Of a stretch of DNA of 64,000 nt, positions 1 to 9,395 are shown in pieces; position 1 is the first letter of the stretch, and every line of letters starts with the position of its first letter. Under the pieces are notes generated by a model. The model had not been told where the DNA came from and did not search any database. It saw only the letters and a program-made list of their open reading frames with translations. Source of the DNA: Candidatus Niyogibacteria bacterium (GTDB lineage: Bacteria; Patescibacteriota; Minisyncoccia; HO2-45-28); the NCBI GenBank assembly GCA_016432485.1, contig CP066691.1, positions 740,944 to 804,943 of the forward strand, given 5' to 3'. Both the position numbers and the translations under genes were made by a program.

Positions 1-1
1 T

Positions 2-1525
2 GTCTCTTCTTTGGAAAAACTGGGTTCAGTCGAAGAAGTTTTAAAGATGCTTAAAGCGAGGCCTTATAAGTTTGACAGGCGAGTTGGAGAAGGCATAAGC
101 ATTTTTAATCCCGGAGACAAACCGGTCTGGAGTGCCGCTGAAGGAGTGCCCGTAGAGGGGTTTTCCGCTAATAGGCAAATTCAAGACAAGCTTGACGAAA
201 TTTTCGGTCCGAATGCCGTTAGATATGTTTTTTCTCCCTTGGCCAAGACGAATGGCGGGATATACGTTTTAATGGATATTAAGGCGCATAATAAGGAGAG
301 GTTTCTGGAGCTTCATAACGTAATTTCGGAAGGCGTGCGAAAGGTGGGAGACGTGGAAGAGTGCATAAATTCATTCTTTTTTGCTCTGATGAATCCGGAA
401 GATAAAGCGGTTATTGAAGAAGCGAAGATGGAGTCTTTCCAGGGAAGGATACACTATAACAAAATTCCCTACGTTTTGGAACCGGCCACAGAAGTTAATA
501 TTTATCGCAGCGTATTTGGGCGGTCAATAGACAAACATTTTTTACCGAGGGTTCTAGATAATTTTGCCAGAGTCATAATTTCCGGGCGCATGAACACGGA
601 ATGTGAGACCTTGAAAGGGTGGATTCCGAACCTTAAAAAATACGATATTTACTGTGATAAAGACGGTCTTTTGTTGAGAATGGAAATATACGGCGGGGTT
701 ATCCCGACATGGCTTTCCGAGGAAGAAAAAAAGAAGTTTACGGCGTCCGTTAGAAGGAGTCTGATCGCCGAGGGAGAAAAAGAGGGAAACAAGGGGTTTT
801 CCGGCAGGGACTCAATTGGTCTTTTCAACAGTTTCCTCGTTATTTATGGGGGAAGGTTGGGCTTGATTAACATGGAAAATGTCGTTGACTTCTTTAAAGA
901 CAAGATAGGAAAAGAACGTCGGGATAAGAATATACCAAAAGAATTTCTCGCTTCTCTCCTGGGCTCGTACGATTACGCTGTTTTAGGCGAAGTAAAAGAA
1001 GCCCTTTATTTTTACAATACGGATCAGATTCAAAAAGATATACTGAATTATCTTTGGGCCGTAAACTATGAAATTGGAAGTAAAACAAGGTGTGGATACA
1101 CGGGCGAAGAGTTGGAAGTCACGATTGATTTTTTTAAGTTGATGGCGGGCCGGATTAGCGGAGAAGAAATGACTAACACTGCGGCTCTGAAATTTGCCCA
1201 AGACATTCAGAAGAAATACGTCACCTCCATTGCCAGAGAGCGTGTCAATATCGTCGAAACAGAGCTATATAGGGAGATTTTCGGCGATTATGTTGGGAAT
1301 CTAAAGGAGAAAGTGCTGGAGCCCTTTGTCGGAAATGACAGTTTCCGGGAAGCAATAAAATCTTATGGAACCAAAGAATTTGATACTTTTGACAGGCGCC
1401 TTAGGGAACACGTGGCTTATATGATTAAGAGTCTGATGGGGAATTTCGGCTATACTCAGCAGGGCGCGAAAGAAATCTGTCTTTACGTTTTAGACAAAAA
1501 ACTGAATGATAAATTTTCTTCTTAA
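2..1525 (+). CDS. PrkA/YeaG-family AAA serine protein kinase (5'-truncated by the window edge)
   Basis: Frame open from the window edge; PrkA-like segments (TNGGIYVLMDIK, GFSGRDS) and C-terminal 'FGYTQQGAKEICLYV'. Confidence 0.7.
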   Translation, partial: VSSLEKLGSVEEVLKMLKARPYKFDRRVGEGISIFNPGDKPVWSAAEGVPVEGFSANRQIQDKLDEIFGPNAVRYVFSPLAKTNGGIYVLMDIKAHNKERFLELHNVISEGVRKVGDVEECINSFFFALMNPEDKAVIEEAKMESFQGRIHYNKIPYVLEPATEVNIYRSVFGRSIDKHFLPRVLDNFARVIISGRMNTECETLKGWIPNLKKYDIYCDKDGLLLRMEIYGGVIPTWLSEEEKKKFTASVRRSLIAEGEKEGNKGFSGRDSIGLFNSFLVIYGGRLGLINMENVVDFFKDKIGKERRDKNIPKEFLASLLGSYDYAVLGEVKEALYFYNTDQIQKDILNYLWAVNYEIGSKTRCGYTGEELEVTIDFFKLMAGRISGEEMTNTAALKFAQDIQKKYVTSIARERVNIVETELYREIFGDYVGNLKEKVLEPFVGNDSFREAIKSYGTKEFDTFDRRLREHVAYMIKSLMGNFGYTQQGAKEICLYVLDKKLNDKFSS

Positions 1526-1535
1526 ATAGTATTTT

Positions 1536-1558
1536 AAACGCGGGGTCAGCCCGCGTTT
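1536..1558 (+). terminator. Intrinsic terminator-like hairpin
   Basis: aaacgcggg-gtcag-cccgcgttt followed by T-rich sequence. Confidence 0.55.
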
Positions 1559-1613
1559 TGATTTTTAACGGCAGGTCTTTTTTGTTTCGGTTTTTGAGGA
1601 TAAAATATCAAGA

Positions 1614-3149
1614 ATGGTTTATCCGTATCTGCATATAGCAAGCCACAAGGATTTAATCGGGCGCGACCGCGTTATTTACCGCGCGCTTGAAATTCTACCC
1701 GGATTTTTAAGCTGGGGGACTCTTGGCGCGGTAGTCTTTTTTTCGTGGGCTTCTCCGGTAGGCATAGCCATTTTTATAATAATTTTTGACGTCTACTGGC
1801 TGATAAAAACTTTTTATTTGTCTTTTCACCTTCGCGTGAACTGGAAAAGGCTTAAGCGTAATTTAATTATTGACTGGGAAGCGCGGCTTCAGAATTTAAA
1901 ATGGGATCATGTTTGGCAGATGGTTATACTACCGATGTATAAAGAGGATTATAAAGTTGTTGCCGAAAGTCTGGATGCTCTTTTAGGCGCAAAATGGCCC
2001 AAAGAAAAGATGATTATTGTGCTGGCCGCCGAAGAGCGCGCGAGACCCGAAACGGAAAACGCCGTTAAAAAACTGGAAGAAAATTATTCAGGCAAATTCG
2101 GTCGATTTTTGGTAACATGGCATCCTGTGGGTCTTGAGGGTGAAATTTCCGGCAAGGGCTCCAATACCGCGTGGGCTTCTAGAGAAGTTAAAGAAAAAAT
2201 AATTGACGCTGAACAAATTCCTTATGAAAATATTCTGGTTTCATCTTTTGATATAGATACACAGGTTTATCCGCAGTATTTTTTATGCCTTACTTATAAT
2301 TTTCTGGTTGCCGAAAATCCTTATCGTTCGTCATATCAGCCGGTTCCGATTTTTAATAATAATATCTGGAATACTCCGGCCTTTTCGCGGGTGGTGGCGA
2401 CCTCCGGAACTTTTTGGCAGATGATGCAGCAGGAGCGCCCGGAGCGGCTATCCACTTTTTCTTCGCATTCAATGAGTTTCAAAATGCTTGTTGATGTGGG
2501 GTTTTGGCAGAAAAATATGGTTTCTGAAGATTCTAGAATTTTTTGGAACGCCGTTTTGTTTTACGACGGCGATTACGAGGTTATGCCGCTCGCTTATCCG
2601 GTTTCAATGGACGCTAATGTCGGAAGAAGTTTGTGGCAGACGATGAAGCAGGTCTATAAACAGCAAAGACGTTGGGCTTGGGGCGTTGAAAATGTGCCGT
2701 ATCTTTTATTCGGTTTTTTGAAAAATAAAAAAATACTTTTCGCGAAAAAACTGCGTTTTATTCTTACTCAGCTTGAGGGGTTTTGGAGTCTGGCCACAAA
2801 TCCCATTTTGATTTTTATTCTTGGATGGCTGCCGTTGGTTTTAGGAGGAGATGAGTTTAATGCCACGCTTCTCTCTTATAATCTGCCGCGTATAACCAGG
2901 ATTTTGATGACTATTGCGATGCTTGGCTTGGTTGTTTCGGCTATAATTTCAACTTCTCTTTTGCCGCCGCGGCCCGCCGGAGTGAAAAAATCAAAATTCG
3001 CCCCAATGATTTTGCAGTGGCTTTTAATTCCTTTCACCATAATAATTTTTGGCGCGATTCCCGGCCTTGATTCGCAAGCGCGATTAGCTCTGGGTAAACC
3101 TCTGGGGTTTTGGGTCACGCCAAAAATACGCAAAACTGTTTTAGATTAA
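1614..3149 (+). CDS. Membrane-bound processive GT2 glycosyltransferase (cellulose-synthase-like)
   Basis: DID, SED and QQRRW (QxxRW) motifs; N- and C-terminal TM helices. Confidence 0.8.
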   Translation: MVYPYLHIASHKDLIGRDRVIYRALEILPGFLSWGTLGAVVFFSWASPVGIAIFIIIFDVYWLIKTFYLSFHLRVNWKRLKRNLIIDWEARLQNLKWDHVWQMVILPMYKEDYKVVAESLDALLGAKWPKEKMIIVLAAEERARPETENAVKKLEENYSGKFGRFLVTWHPVGLEGEISGKGSNTAWASREVKEKIIDAEQIPYENILVSSFDIDTQVYPQYFLCLTYNFLVAENPYRSSYQPVPIFNNNIWNTPAFSRVVATSGTFWQMMQQERPERLSTFSSHSMSFKMLVDVGFWQKNMVSEDSRIFWNAVLFYDGDYEVMPLAYPVSMDANVGRSLWQTMKQVYKQQRRWAWGVENVPYLLFGFLKNKKILFAKKLRFILTQLEGFWSLATNPILIFILGWLPLVLGGDEFNATLLSYNLPRITRILMTIAMLGLVVSAIISTSLLPPRPAGVKKSKFAPMILQWLLIPFTIIIFGAIPGLDSQARLALGKPLGFWVTPKIRKTVLD

Positions 3150-3191
3150 CAATTAAACCAGCAAACAGCGTTATAAACAGCATTACTAATA

Positions 3192-3215
3192 ATTAACATT
3201 CACTTACGGCCGTTA
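3192..3215. repeat. Left copy of a perfect 24-bp inverted repeat flanking the PaaX/Cas2-like gene
   Basis: attaacattcacttacggccgtta is the reverse complement of 3843-3866. Confidence 0.95.
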
Positions 3216-3236
3216 ACCTGTGTTATTGTAAAGTCT

Positions 3237-3827
3237 ATGGCTAGTAAAAAGGGAAAAATCGCTAGAATCAGAAAAAGCGTCTTAAAGTCAACCGTTTTGG
3301 AGGTTTTGAACGCTCTTGGTGAGGCGTCTATTGAAATTATTGATCAGGGTTTCCTTAATCCAAAATATGCTTTTACCCACCCAACCAGAGAACTCCTGGG
3401 TTTAAATAAAAAATATAAATATTACAGCGCAGAAGAACGTAAAAATCTGTTTGCTGTGGTTGTAAGCCGTCTTCAAAAAGAAGGTCTTATTGAGAAGTTA
3501 ACGACAAAAAAAGGAATGTTGTGGAAAATTAATTCCAAAGGGTTAAGTTTTTTAGAAAACCATGACGGACTTTATAAATTGCCTCCAAAAGACGGCAAAA
3601 CCCGCATTTTTAGTTTTGATGTTCCGGAAAAGGAGAGGTGGAAAAGAGACAGACTGAGAACCATCCTGGTTTCTTGCGGTTATGAAATGCTTCAGCAAAG
3701 TCTCTGGATGGGAGAGAGTCCCATGCCCGCCAAGGTTTTTGACGAATTAAAATCTTTGAATCTAATGTCTAAGATTCACTTTTTTGAAGTTTCTAAAAAG
3801 GGCACGCTTAAACAAATTAATATTTGA
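3237..3827 (+). CDS. PaaX-like protein (winged HTH plus Cas2-like ferredoxin domain), CPR type
   Basis: wHTH 'VVSRLQKEGLIEK...WKINSKG'; Cas2/PaaX-central motif 'IFSFDVPEKERWKRDRLR...GYEMLQQSLW'. Confidence 0.8.
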   Translation: MASKKGKIARIRKSVLKSTVLEVLNALGEASIEIIDQGFLNPKYAFTHPTRELLGLNKKYKYYSAEERKNLFAVVVSRLQKEGLIEKLTTKKGMLWKINSKGLSFLENHDGLYKLPPKDGKTRIFSFDVPEKERWKRDRLRTILVSCGYEMLQQSLWMGESPMPAKVFDELKSLNLMSKIHFFEVSKKGTLKQINI

Positions 3828-3842
3828 CTATTTAACATTCGA

Positions 3843-3866
3843 TAACGGCCGTAAGTGAATGTTAAT
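3843..3866. repeat. Right copy of the 24-bp inverted repeat (overlaps a 34-bp dyad at 3832-3865)
   Basis: taacggccgtaagtgaatgttaat. Confidence 0.95.
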
Positions 3867-3909
3867 AAAGATATTTCCATCATGTTTTTAGGGTAAGAAC
3901 GGGACGCCT

Positions 3910-6006
3910 TTACTCAAAATGAAGATTTTCAAAGCGAGGCACAAGCGATTTGAGCGCGGGATAATTTTTTAATTCAAAGTCCTTTTGCAAAAGTTTTTGT
4001 GCTTCCAATCTCGCGGCTTCAACCATTTTTATATTCTTCAGGGCCTCCATTCCGATATCCGAAATGCCCCACTGTTTTGAGCCCGAAAGCTCTCCGGGTC
4101 CGCGAAATTGCAAATCGTATTCGGCAAGCTCAAATCCTGTATTCGCATCAGTCAGCGCTTTAAGGCGGGCTAGAGTTTTTTGAGAAGGGGATTCGGTAAA
4201 AATAAAACAATACGCCTGGTGAGTGCTTCTTAAAATTCGTCCGCGAAGCTGATGCAATTGCGCAAGGCCAAAGCGCTCCGCGCCCTCAATCATAATAATT
4301 GTGGCATTAGGCACGTTTACGCCCACCTCAATTACTGAAGTCGCCACGAGTATTTTAGTTTTATTTTCTCTGAACGAGTTCATCTCTTTCTCTTTTTCTT
4401 TGGGTGTCATTTTGCCGTGGAGTATTCCGATTTCAAATTCGGGGAAGATACTCGCGGAAAGTTTTTTATGTTCCTCCTTTACGGATTTCATCTCAAGAGA
4501 TATTTTTTTTGCGGCAACAGAATTTTCTTCAATGCGCGGGCATACGACATACGCCTGGCGTCCTTGCGAAATTTCCGCGCGCATTTGCTCGTAAGCGCGG
4601 GCGCGCTGGCTCGGAGGCACTATGACCGTTATCACTTTTTTTCTTCCCGGCGGCATTTCATCCAGTATTGTCAGGTCTAGGTCGCCGTAAATAGTCAGCG
4701 CCAGCGTTCTCGGTATCGGAGTGGCGGTCATGCTTAAAAGATGTGGCGTGGATTTTTGGGCGAGCATTGCCCTTTGATTGACTCCGAAGCGATGCTGTTC
4801 ATCTATCACAACCAAACCAAGGTTCCTGAATTTTATTTTATCCTGAATAAGCGCGTGCGTTCCGATTAGAATCGGCACTTGCCCGGACCCGACGAATTTA
4901 ATGAGCTGGCTCCGGCTTAAATGGGTGTCTTTTGCGGGGTATGCTTTTGAGGGAAATTTGCGGAATTCCGCCGATGTGGCGAGCGCCACCGCCAAGCGAT
5001 AGTTTCGGAACCGCTCTATGAATTCCTGGTAGAGTTGACGCGCCAAAACCTCGGTCGGCGCCATATAGGCCACTTGTTTTCCGTTTGAGGCCGCGGCGTA
5101 CGAGGCTATGGCCGCGATGACAGTTTTTCCGGAGCCGACATCTCCTTCCAAAAGGCGCGACATCGGTTTGGAGTAGCTTATGTCCGCCAATATCGCGGCC
5201 ACGGATTTTTCCTGCGCCGAAGTTAGGGCATACGGAAGAGACGACCGGAATTCTTTTATTTTTTCTTGGTCAATATTTATGGCTCCGGCTTCAAGTTTGT
5301 CGCGTTCAATCCTTTTTCTTTGGCGGTCAAGCTGTATTAAAAATATTTCTTCAAAAGCGAATCGTTTGCGCGCCGCCTCGGACATTTTTTCTTTTTTGGG
5401 CAGATGTATTGCCAGAAGCGCGGTCCTTAACGACGGCAGATTATAATTTTTCAAAATTTCCGCGGGAATCGGGTCATTTAAACCGGCCGGCAAGTTTTTT
5501 AGTATTTTTTTAATAGCGAACTGGAACCATTTTGAATGCAAACCTCTGGTTTCCGGATAAATCGGACTAAGCCCGTCTTTATTTTCTTGTTCGTATTGAA
5601 CTACGCCTTCGCGATAGTCGGGATTGGCCATGTAGAGCCCTTTTTTATTCCGCTGCACTTTTCCGGAAAATGAGTACTCTTTTTCGGGAGTTAAAATGTT
5701 GGCCATATACGGCTGGTTGAACCAGGTTATGCGAAGTGTCCCCGTGCCGTCGGACACTATCGTTTCGGCAATCGCCATTCTTCTGCGCCAGGTTTTAAGC
5801 GTTTTTGAAGATATGACACGGCCGGAAACGGCGGCTTCGTCTCCTTCCGCGAGATCGGCTGCGGCCTTGGGAATATGGAATTTTTCGTATCTGGCCGGAA
5901 AATGCCAAAGTAAATCACGCACGGTTTTAAACCCCGCGCGCTCTAAAATGTTTTTTTGTTTTTCGGTCAGGCGGAGATGATTATTTAAGGCGTCGTTAAA
6001 ATCCAT
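3910..6006 (-). CDS. recG: ATP-dependent DNA helicase RecG
   Basis: Wedge domain, GDVGSGKT, DEQHRFGV, TATPIPRTL, QLHQLRGR, DLQFRGPGE. Confidence 0.97.
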   Translation of the reverse strand: MDFNDALNNHLRLTEKQKNILERAGFKTVRDLLWHFPARYEKFHIPKAAADLAEGDEAAVSGRVISSKTLKTWRRRMAIAETIVSDGTGTLRITWFNQPYMANILTPEKEYSFSGKVQRNKKGLYMANPDYREGVVQYEQENKDGLSPIYPETRGLHSKWFQFAIKKILKNLPAGLNDPIPAEILKNYNLPSLRTALLAIHLPKKEKMSEAARKRFAFEEIFLIQLDRQRKRIERDKLEAGAINIDQEKIKEFRSSLPYALTSAQEKSVAAILADISYSKPMSRLLEGDVGSGKTVIAAIASYAAASNGKQVAYMAPTEVLARQLYQEFIERFRNYRLAVALATSAEFRKFPSKAYPAKDTHLSRSQLIKFVGSGQVPILIGTHALIQDKIKFRNLGLVVIDEQHRFGVNQRAMLAQKSTPHLLSMTATPIPRTLALTIYGDLDLTILDEMPPGRKKVITVIVPPSQRARAYEQMRAEISQGRQAYVVCPRIEENSVAAKKISLEMKSVKEEHKKLSASIFPEFEIGILHGKMTPKEKEKEMNSFRENKTKILVATSVIEVGVNVPNATIIMIEGAERFGLAQLHQLRGRILRSTHQAYCFIFTESPSQKTLARLKALTDANTGFELAEYDLQFRGPGELSGSKQWGISDIGMEALKNIKMVEAARLEAQKLLQKDFELKNYPALKSLVPRFENLHFE

Positions 6007-6008
6007 TG

Positions 6009-6080
6009 TGCCCTCGAGAGGAATCGAACCTCTATTACAAGCTCCGCAAGCTTGCGTCCTGTCCGTTGAACGACGAGGGC
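6009..6080 (-). tRNA. tRNA-Arg(GCG), CCA not encoded
   Basis: GCCCTCG/CGAGGGC acceptor; anticodon arm CAAGC-TTGCGGA-GCTTG; T arm AGAGG-TTCGATT-CCTCT. Confidence 0.92.
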
Positions 6081-6378
6081 CTCACACCTGCTTGGTTTAA
6101 GTAATACAACCTTTAATTCTTCTTTTCAACTGTAAATATGCGTTGCCCCTTAATTTTATACTATATTCTCTGTGTTTTGCATTATTTTCATTACAATAAG
6201 CTTCATAATAAACAAGTTGCCACCCGCCTCTGTTTTTGGTTGATAGCACTTCGTTGGAGTTGTGTTGTGTAAATCTTTTCTTAAGATCACTAGTGTAACC
6301 AAAATATAAATTGTCGTTTTTGGTGTTTTTCAAAATATAAAAATAATACATAAGTCAAGTAGGTGTGAGGCCGAGGGC
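6074..6378. mobile_element. Putative minimal GIY-YIG element with terminal inverted repeats and target duplication
   Basis: IR 6078-6094/6356-6372 (16/17 match); direct repeat cgagggc at 6074-6080 and 6372-6378, which equals tRNA-Arg nt 1-7. Confidence 0.7.
6097..6351 (-). CDS. Stand-alone GIY-YIG nuclease (84 aa)
   Basis: YYFYIL...LYFGYTSDLKKRFTQHN...LVYYEAY...AKHRE. Confidence 0.9.
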   Translation of the reverse strand: MYYFYILKNTKNDNLYFGYTSDLKKRFTQHNSNEVLSTKNRGGWQLVYYEAYCNENNAKHREYSIKLRGNAYLQLKRRIKGCIT

Positions 6379-6382
6379 ATTT

Positions 6383-6865
6383 CTAAAAACCAAGACGCTC
6401 AGCGATTATTTCCGAAAGCGATTCTTTGGTTTCTTCTTCTTTCAAGGCGCGGCCGATGATAGCTCGTATTTCATTAGGGTCGGCCGACCCGAGCGGCAAT
6501 ATAAATCGAGACATTAGAACTCTTTTTGATATTATTTCAAGCTCTTTTTTTCGCGGCGGCTCGTATTTTATCCAGAATGACCGCAAGGATTCATACGGAT
6601 AAAATCTGTCGGCAATTTGAACGCCCCGGGCGTTTATTATAAATTTTATTGTCCGCGGCCTTTTCGCGCCGTAAAGCGCTATGGTAAATCCGGCAAGCAC
6701 AATAAAACTAGCAAAAAGAATGTTTTTGATCAACAAAGCGACGATAGCCAGAGCCAGCGTAAAAACGCCCAAAATCCAAAACCACTCCGCGGATTTCGGC
6801 GCGTGTTCGTATTCTGGCGCCGACCACAAAACGGAATTACTGTCCATAATATAAATATAACGCAA
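6383..6865 (-). CDS. CPR-type membrane protein (2 TM plus PH-like domain); ATG at 6847 is the likely start
   Basis: 'WSAPEYEH..KSAEWFW', two hydrophobic helices. Confidence 0.65.
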   Translation of the reverse strand: MRYIYIMDSNSVLWSAPEYEHAPKSAEWFWILGVFTLALAIVALLIKNILFASFIVLAGFTIALYGAKRPRTIKFIINARGVQIADRFYPYESLRSFWIKYEPPRKKELEIISKRVLMSRFILPLGSADPNEIRAIIGRALKEEETKESLSEIIAERLGF

Positions 6866-6888
6866 CCGGCGAAAAGAAAAAGCCCGGC

Positions 6889-7293
6889 TTATTGGCCGAG
6901 CAACTCTTCAATCAGTTTTTTTTCTTCCAAAATCTTTTGAACTTCTCGTTTCTGTTCGTCAGCCATTTCTTTAAATCTTAGTTTTGGAAAAAACAGAATT
7001 GTATCATTGGGGCATGATGAGCCCTCAACATTCCCACTGATTGTATAGCGAACCAATACGCGGTCCCGGTTCTCGGCAATGATGGTGATTTTGCCGCCGG
7101 TTTTAAGATGGCACATGTCCCCGTAGGCAAATTCGTCGGGCCCGTTTTTTATCGGTTTTAGATTTTTTACGATTACCAGTTCCGGCGAGGTGACTTTTAT
7201 GGTATCACCCTTTTTTATTTCAGACGTGGCGCCGGAGGTGGCGAGCGCGAAGAGACCGACAATTAACGATATCAGCCAGACCTCTTTTTTCAT
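6889..7293 (-). CDS. Secreted hypothetical protein
   Basis: Signal-peptide-like N-terminus, two Cys, SD-like gagg; start overlaps the upstream stop. Confidence 0.6.
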   Translation of the reverse strand: MKKEVWLISLIVGLFALATSGATSEIKKGDTIKVTSPELVIVKNLKPIKNGPDEFAYGDMCHLKTGGKITIIAENRDRVLVRYTISGNVEGSSCPNDTILFFPKLRFKEMADEQKREVQKILEEKKLIEELLGQ

Positions 7294-7790
7294 TTGGCAC
7301 CTCTTTTGCGGTCGGGTTTTATTGACACCTGATTATCCCCGCCCGTTATTGCGTGCTTGGCAATTTTCACGTTGGGGAATAATTTCACAATAATTCGTCT
7401 CAGCACTCGATTTCTTCGTTCAATTTTCAGTTCGCCATTGATGAAATCTTTGGGAAGCATGTCTGTATCGGTTAGGGTAATTGTCCGAATAAAGTGTTCT
7501 TCGCCGATAAATTCTTCAAAGCAGAGTCGTCCAAAATGTAGCATGCCGCTGTCTTTGTAGAAATTATCCCGGCGGGTCGGTTCCAAGCCAGGAATCAATG
7601 ACACCATAAGCTTTTGAAGCTCTTCCATCTTGAAAGTGCCCTTTACGGGAGCTACATGGCAATAAACAATTTGGCTATAGCAAGTAAATTCAGTTGACAA
7701 GTGCTCTGACAGAACGGTTTCAAAAAATATCTTTTTATTTCTCTTAAGCGCATCTAGTATCTTCGAGTATTTGGTCGCGGGCTTGCTCAC
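7290..7790 (-). CDS. Hypothetical protein
   Basis: 166-aa ORF with GTG start and strong SD (aaaggag). Confidence 0.55.
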   Translation of the reverse strand: MSKPATKYSKILDALKRNKKIFFETVLSEHLSTEFTCYSQIVYCHVAPVKGTFKMEELQKLMVSLIPGLEPTRRDNFYKDSGMLHFGRLCFEEFIGEEHFIRTITLTDTDMLPKDFINGELKIERRNRVLRRIIVKLFPNVKIAKHAITGGDNQVSIKPDRKRGAK

Positions 7791-7926
7791 CTTTTCTCCT
7801 TTTCGGGTTTTTGGTTTTCAATATCCGAGGCAATTATGGCATAGCGTATATAAAAAATCAAGCGCTTGACCGGAGCGGAAAGGAGGATTTCAAGTTTTTC
7901 GCGGGCGTTAGCCCGCTAACAAAATC

Positions 7927-8667
7927 TTACAGATTTTGTTCTTTGACGGCAAATTCTTTTTTGGTACTGTCAAAATTAATAAAAAATATTATGGATACAA
8001 CCGTAAAGAATGAGTATACAACATCAATTAGTGTGTCTGTTGCAATACTTGTAGCAAAGTTATCGGGTAGAAACCAATAAGGCACTCCTGCAATAACTCC
8101 AACAATCAACCCCAATAACCCAAATACTAAAGAGTATCCGGCGACTTTCCACCACCTACCTTTTACAATGGCCTTACTATAATCTAAAGCACTTTTTCCA
8201 GATTTGTCTTGCAAGACAACAATATACAATACGAATGACCAGTAAACATAGTAGATAATTCCTGGAATTATTAACAATAATGTTAATCCCAATAAAAAGA
8301 TACCAAACAAGATATTAGTTCCTATTGCTGCTGGCCATCTAGACATGGATTTTTTAAGTGCTTGGCCAAAACTGATTGTTTGCCCATCTATCTTGGATTT
8401 AATAATATACGCAATTGCCATTGATGCGATTATTCCAATTAAGCCCTCAAAAATCTGAATAACTTTCATGTAAATCTTAAAACCCCGCAAAGTGCCCCAT
8501 TGTTCCATTAATGCATCAATGGGAATAAAAGCCAATATAATATTAACCGGTATGTAAACAACTAAAGTTATTAGCAAAATTAACTGAAAATTTTCTTTAA
8601 ATTTCTTCCAAGATTCTGAAAGAATTTTCCCAATAGTATATTCTTTATTATAGATTTCTTGTTCCAT
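7927..8667 (-). CDS. Integral membrane protein (GDPD-membrane-domain/YciC-like)
   Basis: About 5 TM helices; 'LLLIIPGI...ALDYSKAIVKGRWW'; AT-rich. Confidence 0.7.
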   Translation of the reverse strand: MEQEIYNKEYTIGKILSESWKKFKENFQLILLITLVVYIPVNIILAFIPIDALMEQWGTLRGFKIYMKVIQIFEGLIGIIASMAIAYIIKSKIDGQTISFGQALKKSMSRWPAAIGTNILFGIFLLGLTLLLIIPGIIYYVYWSFVLYIVVLQDKSGKSALDYSKAIVKGRWWKVAGYSLVFGLLGLIVGVIAGVPYWFLPDNFATSIATDTLIDVVYSFFTVVSIIFFINFDSTKKEFAVKEQNL

Positions 8668-8687
8668 ATTTTTAGGTTAGTTAATTA

Positions 8688-8894
8688 TTATTTTAACAAA
8701 TCCTCTATATTAACATCAAGCGCCCTAGCGATCTTCGCCATAGTTTGGACGCTCGGCTTATTAACTGTGCCACTTTCGACCTTCATAAGCGTTGTATATT
8801 TAATATCAGCTTTCTTGGCTAAATCGTCTTGGGTTAAGCCAAGTTTAGCGCGTAATTTCCTGATATTCCCGCTGATTGTTTTTCCACTTATCAT
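8688..8894 (-). CDS. XRE-family HTH regulator
   Basis: 'IRKLRAKLGLTQDDLAKKADI...VESG..NKPSVQTMAKIARAL'. Confidence 0.9.
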   Translation of the reverse strand: MISGKTISGNIRKLRAKLGLTQDDLAKKADIKYTTLMKVESGTVNKPSVQTMAKIARALDVNIEDLLK

Positions 8895-9395
8895 ATAAAT
8901 AAAGTTTTGGTAGTATTATGATATATGAGAATTTTATCTCTAATGTAATACCACCAAATAAAATGAATTTAATCAATAAAAATTCGAAAAGCCCGCTTCT
9001 GGCCTTACTGAATTCAAAACGGCTTGAAATTTCCCCGAAAAACGGCTGGCGAGCCCGCGTAGCGGGCGAGCCAATGACTTCATTTCCTAACTGGCGGGGA
9101 CGATGTCCGCAACTTTGAACCGGTGGTATCCCGCAAAACCATTAGTTTTGCTCGTACGGATAAAATTATATGCAAACTGCGACGAATATACAAAGAAAAT
9201 CCTGCCTCTTTTGATATTCCTATTTTTGCCCAAAAACAGTATTAAACACCCTCTCCACTTCTTTGCCAGACAGCTTTGAGCCCGCAAGACGAGTTGATGC
9301 GCCTGTGGAGGTTATCAGAGTGACACGACGAAGTTCCGCCAATCTTTCTGGTGAAATACCAGAAAGCTTTTTGATAGATTTAGGATTTTTCATGT

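Noticed and set aside
3237-3827. CRISPR-Cas locus suggested by the Cas2-like domain
   Set aside because: No repeat-spacer array and no cas1 or effector gene anywhere in the window
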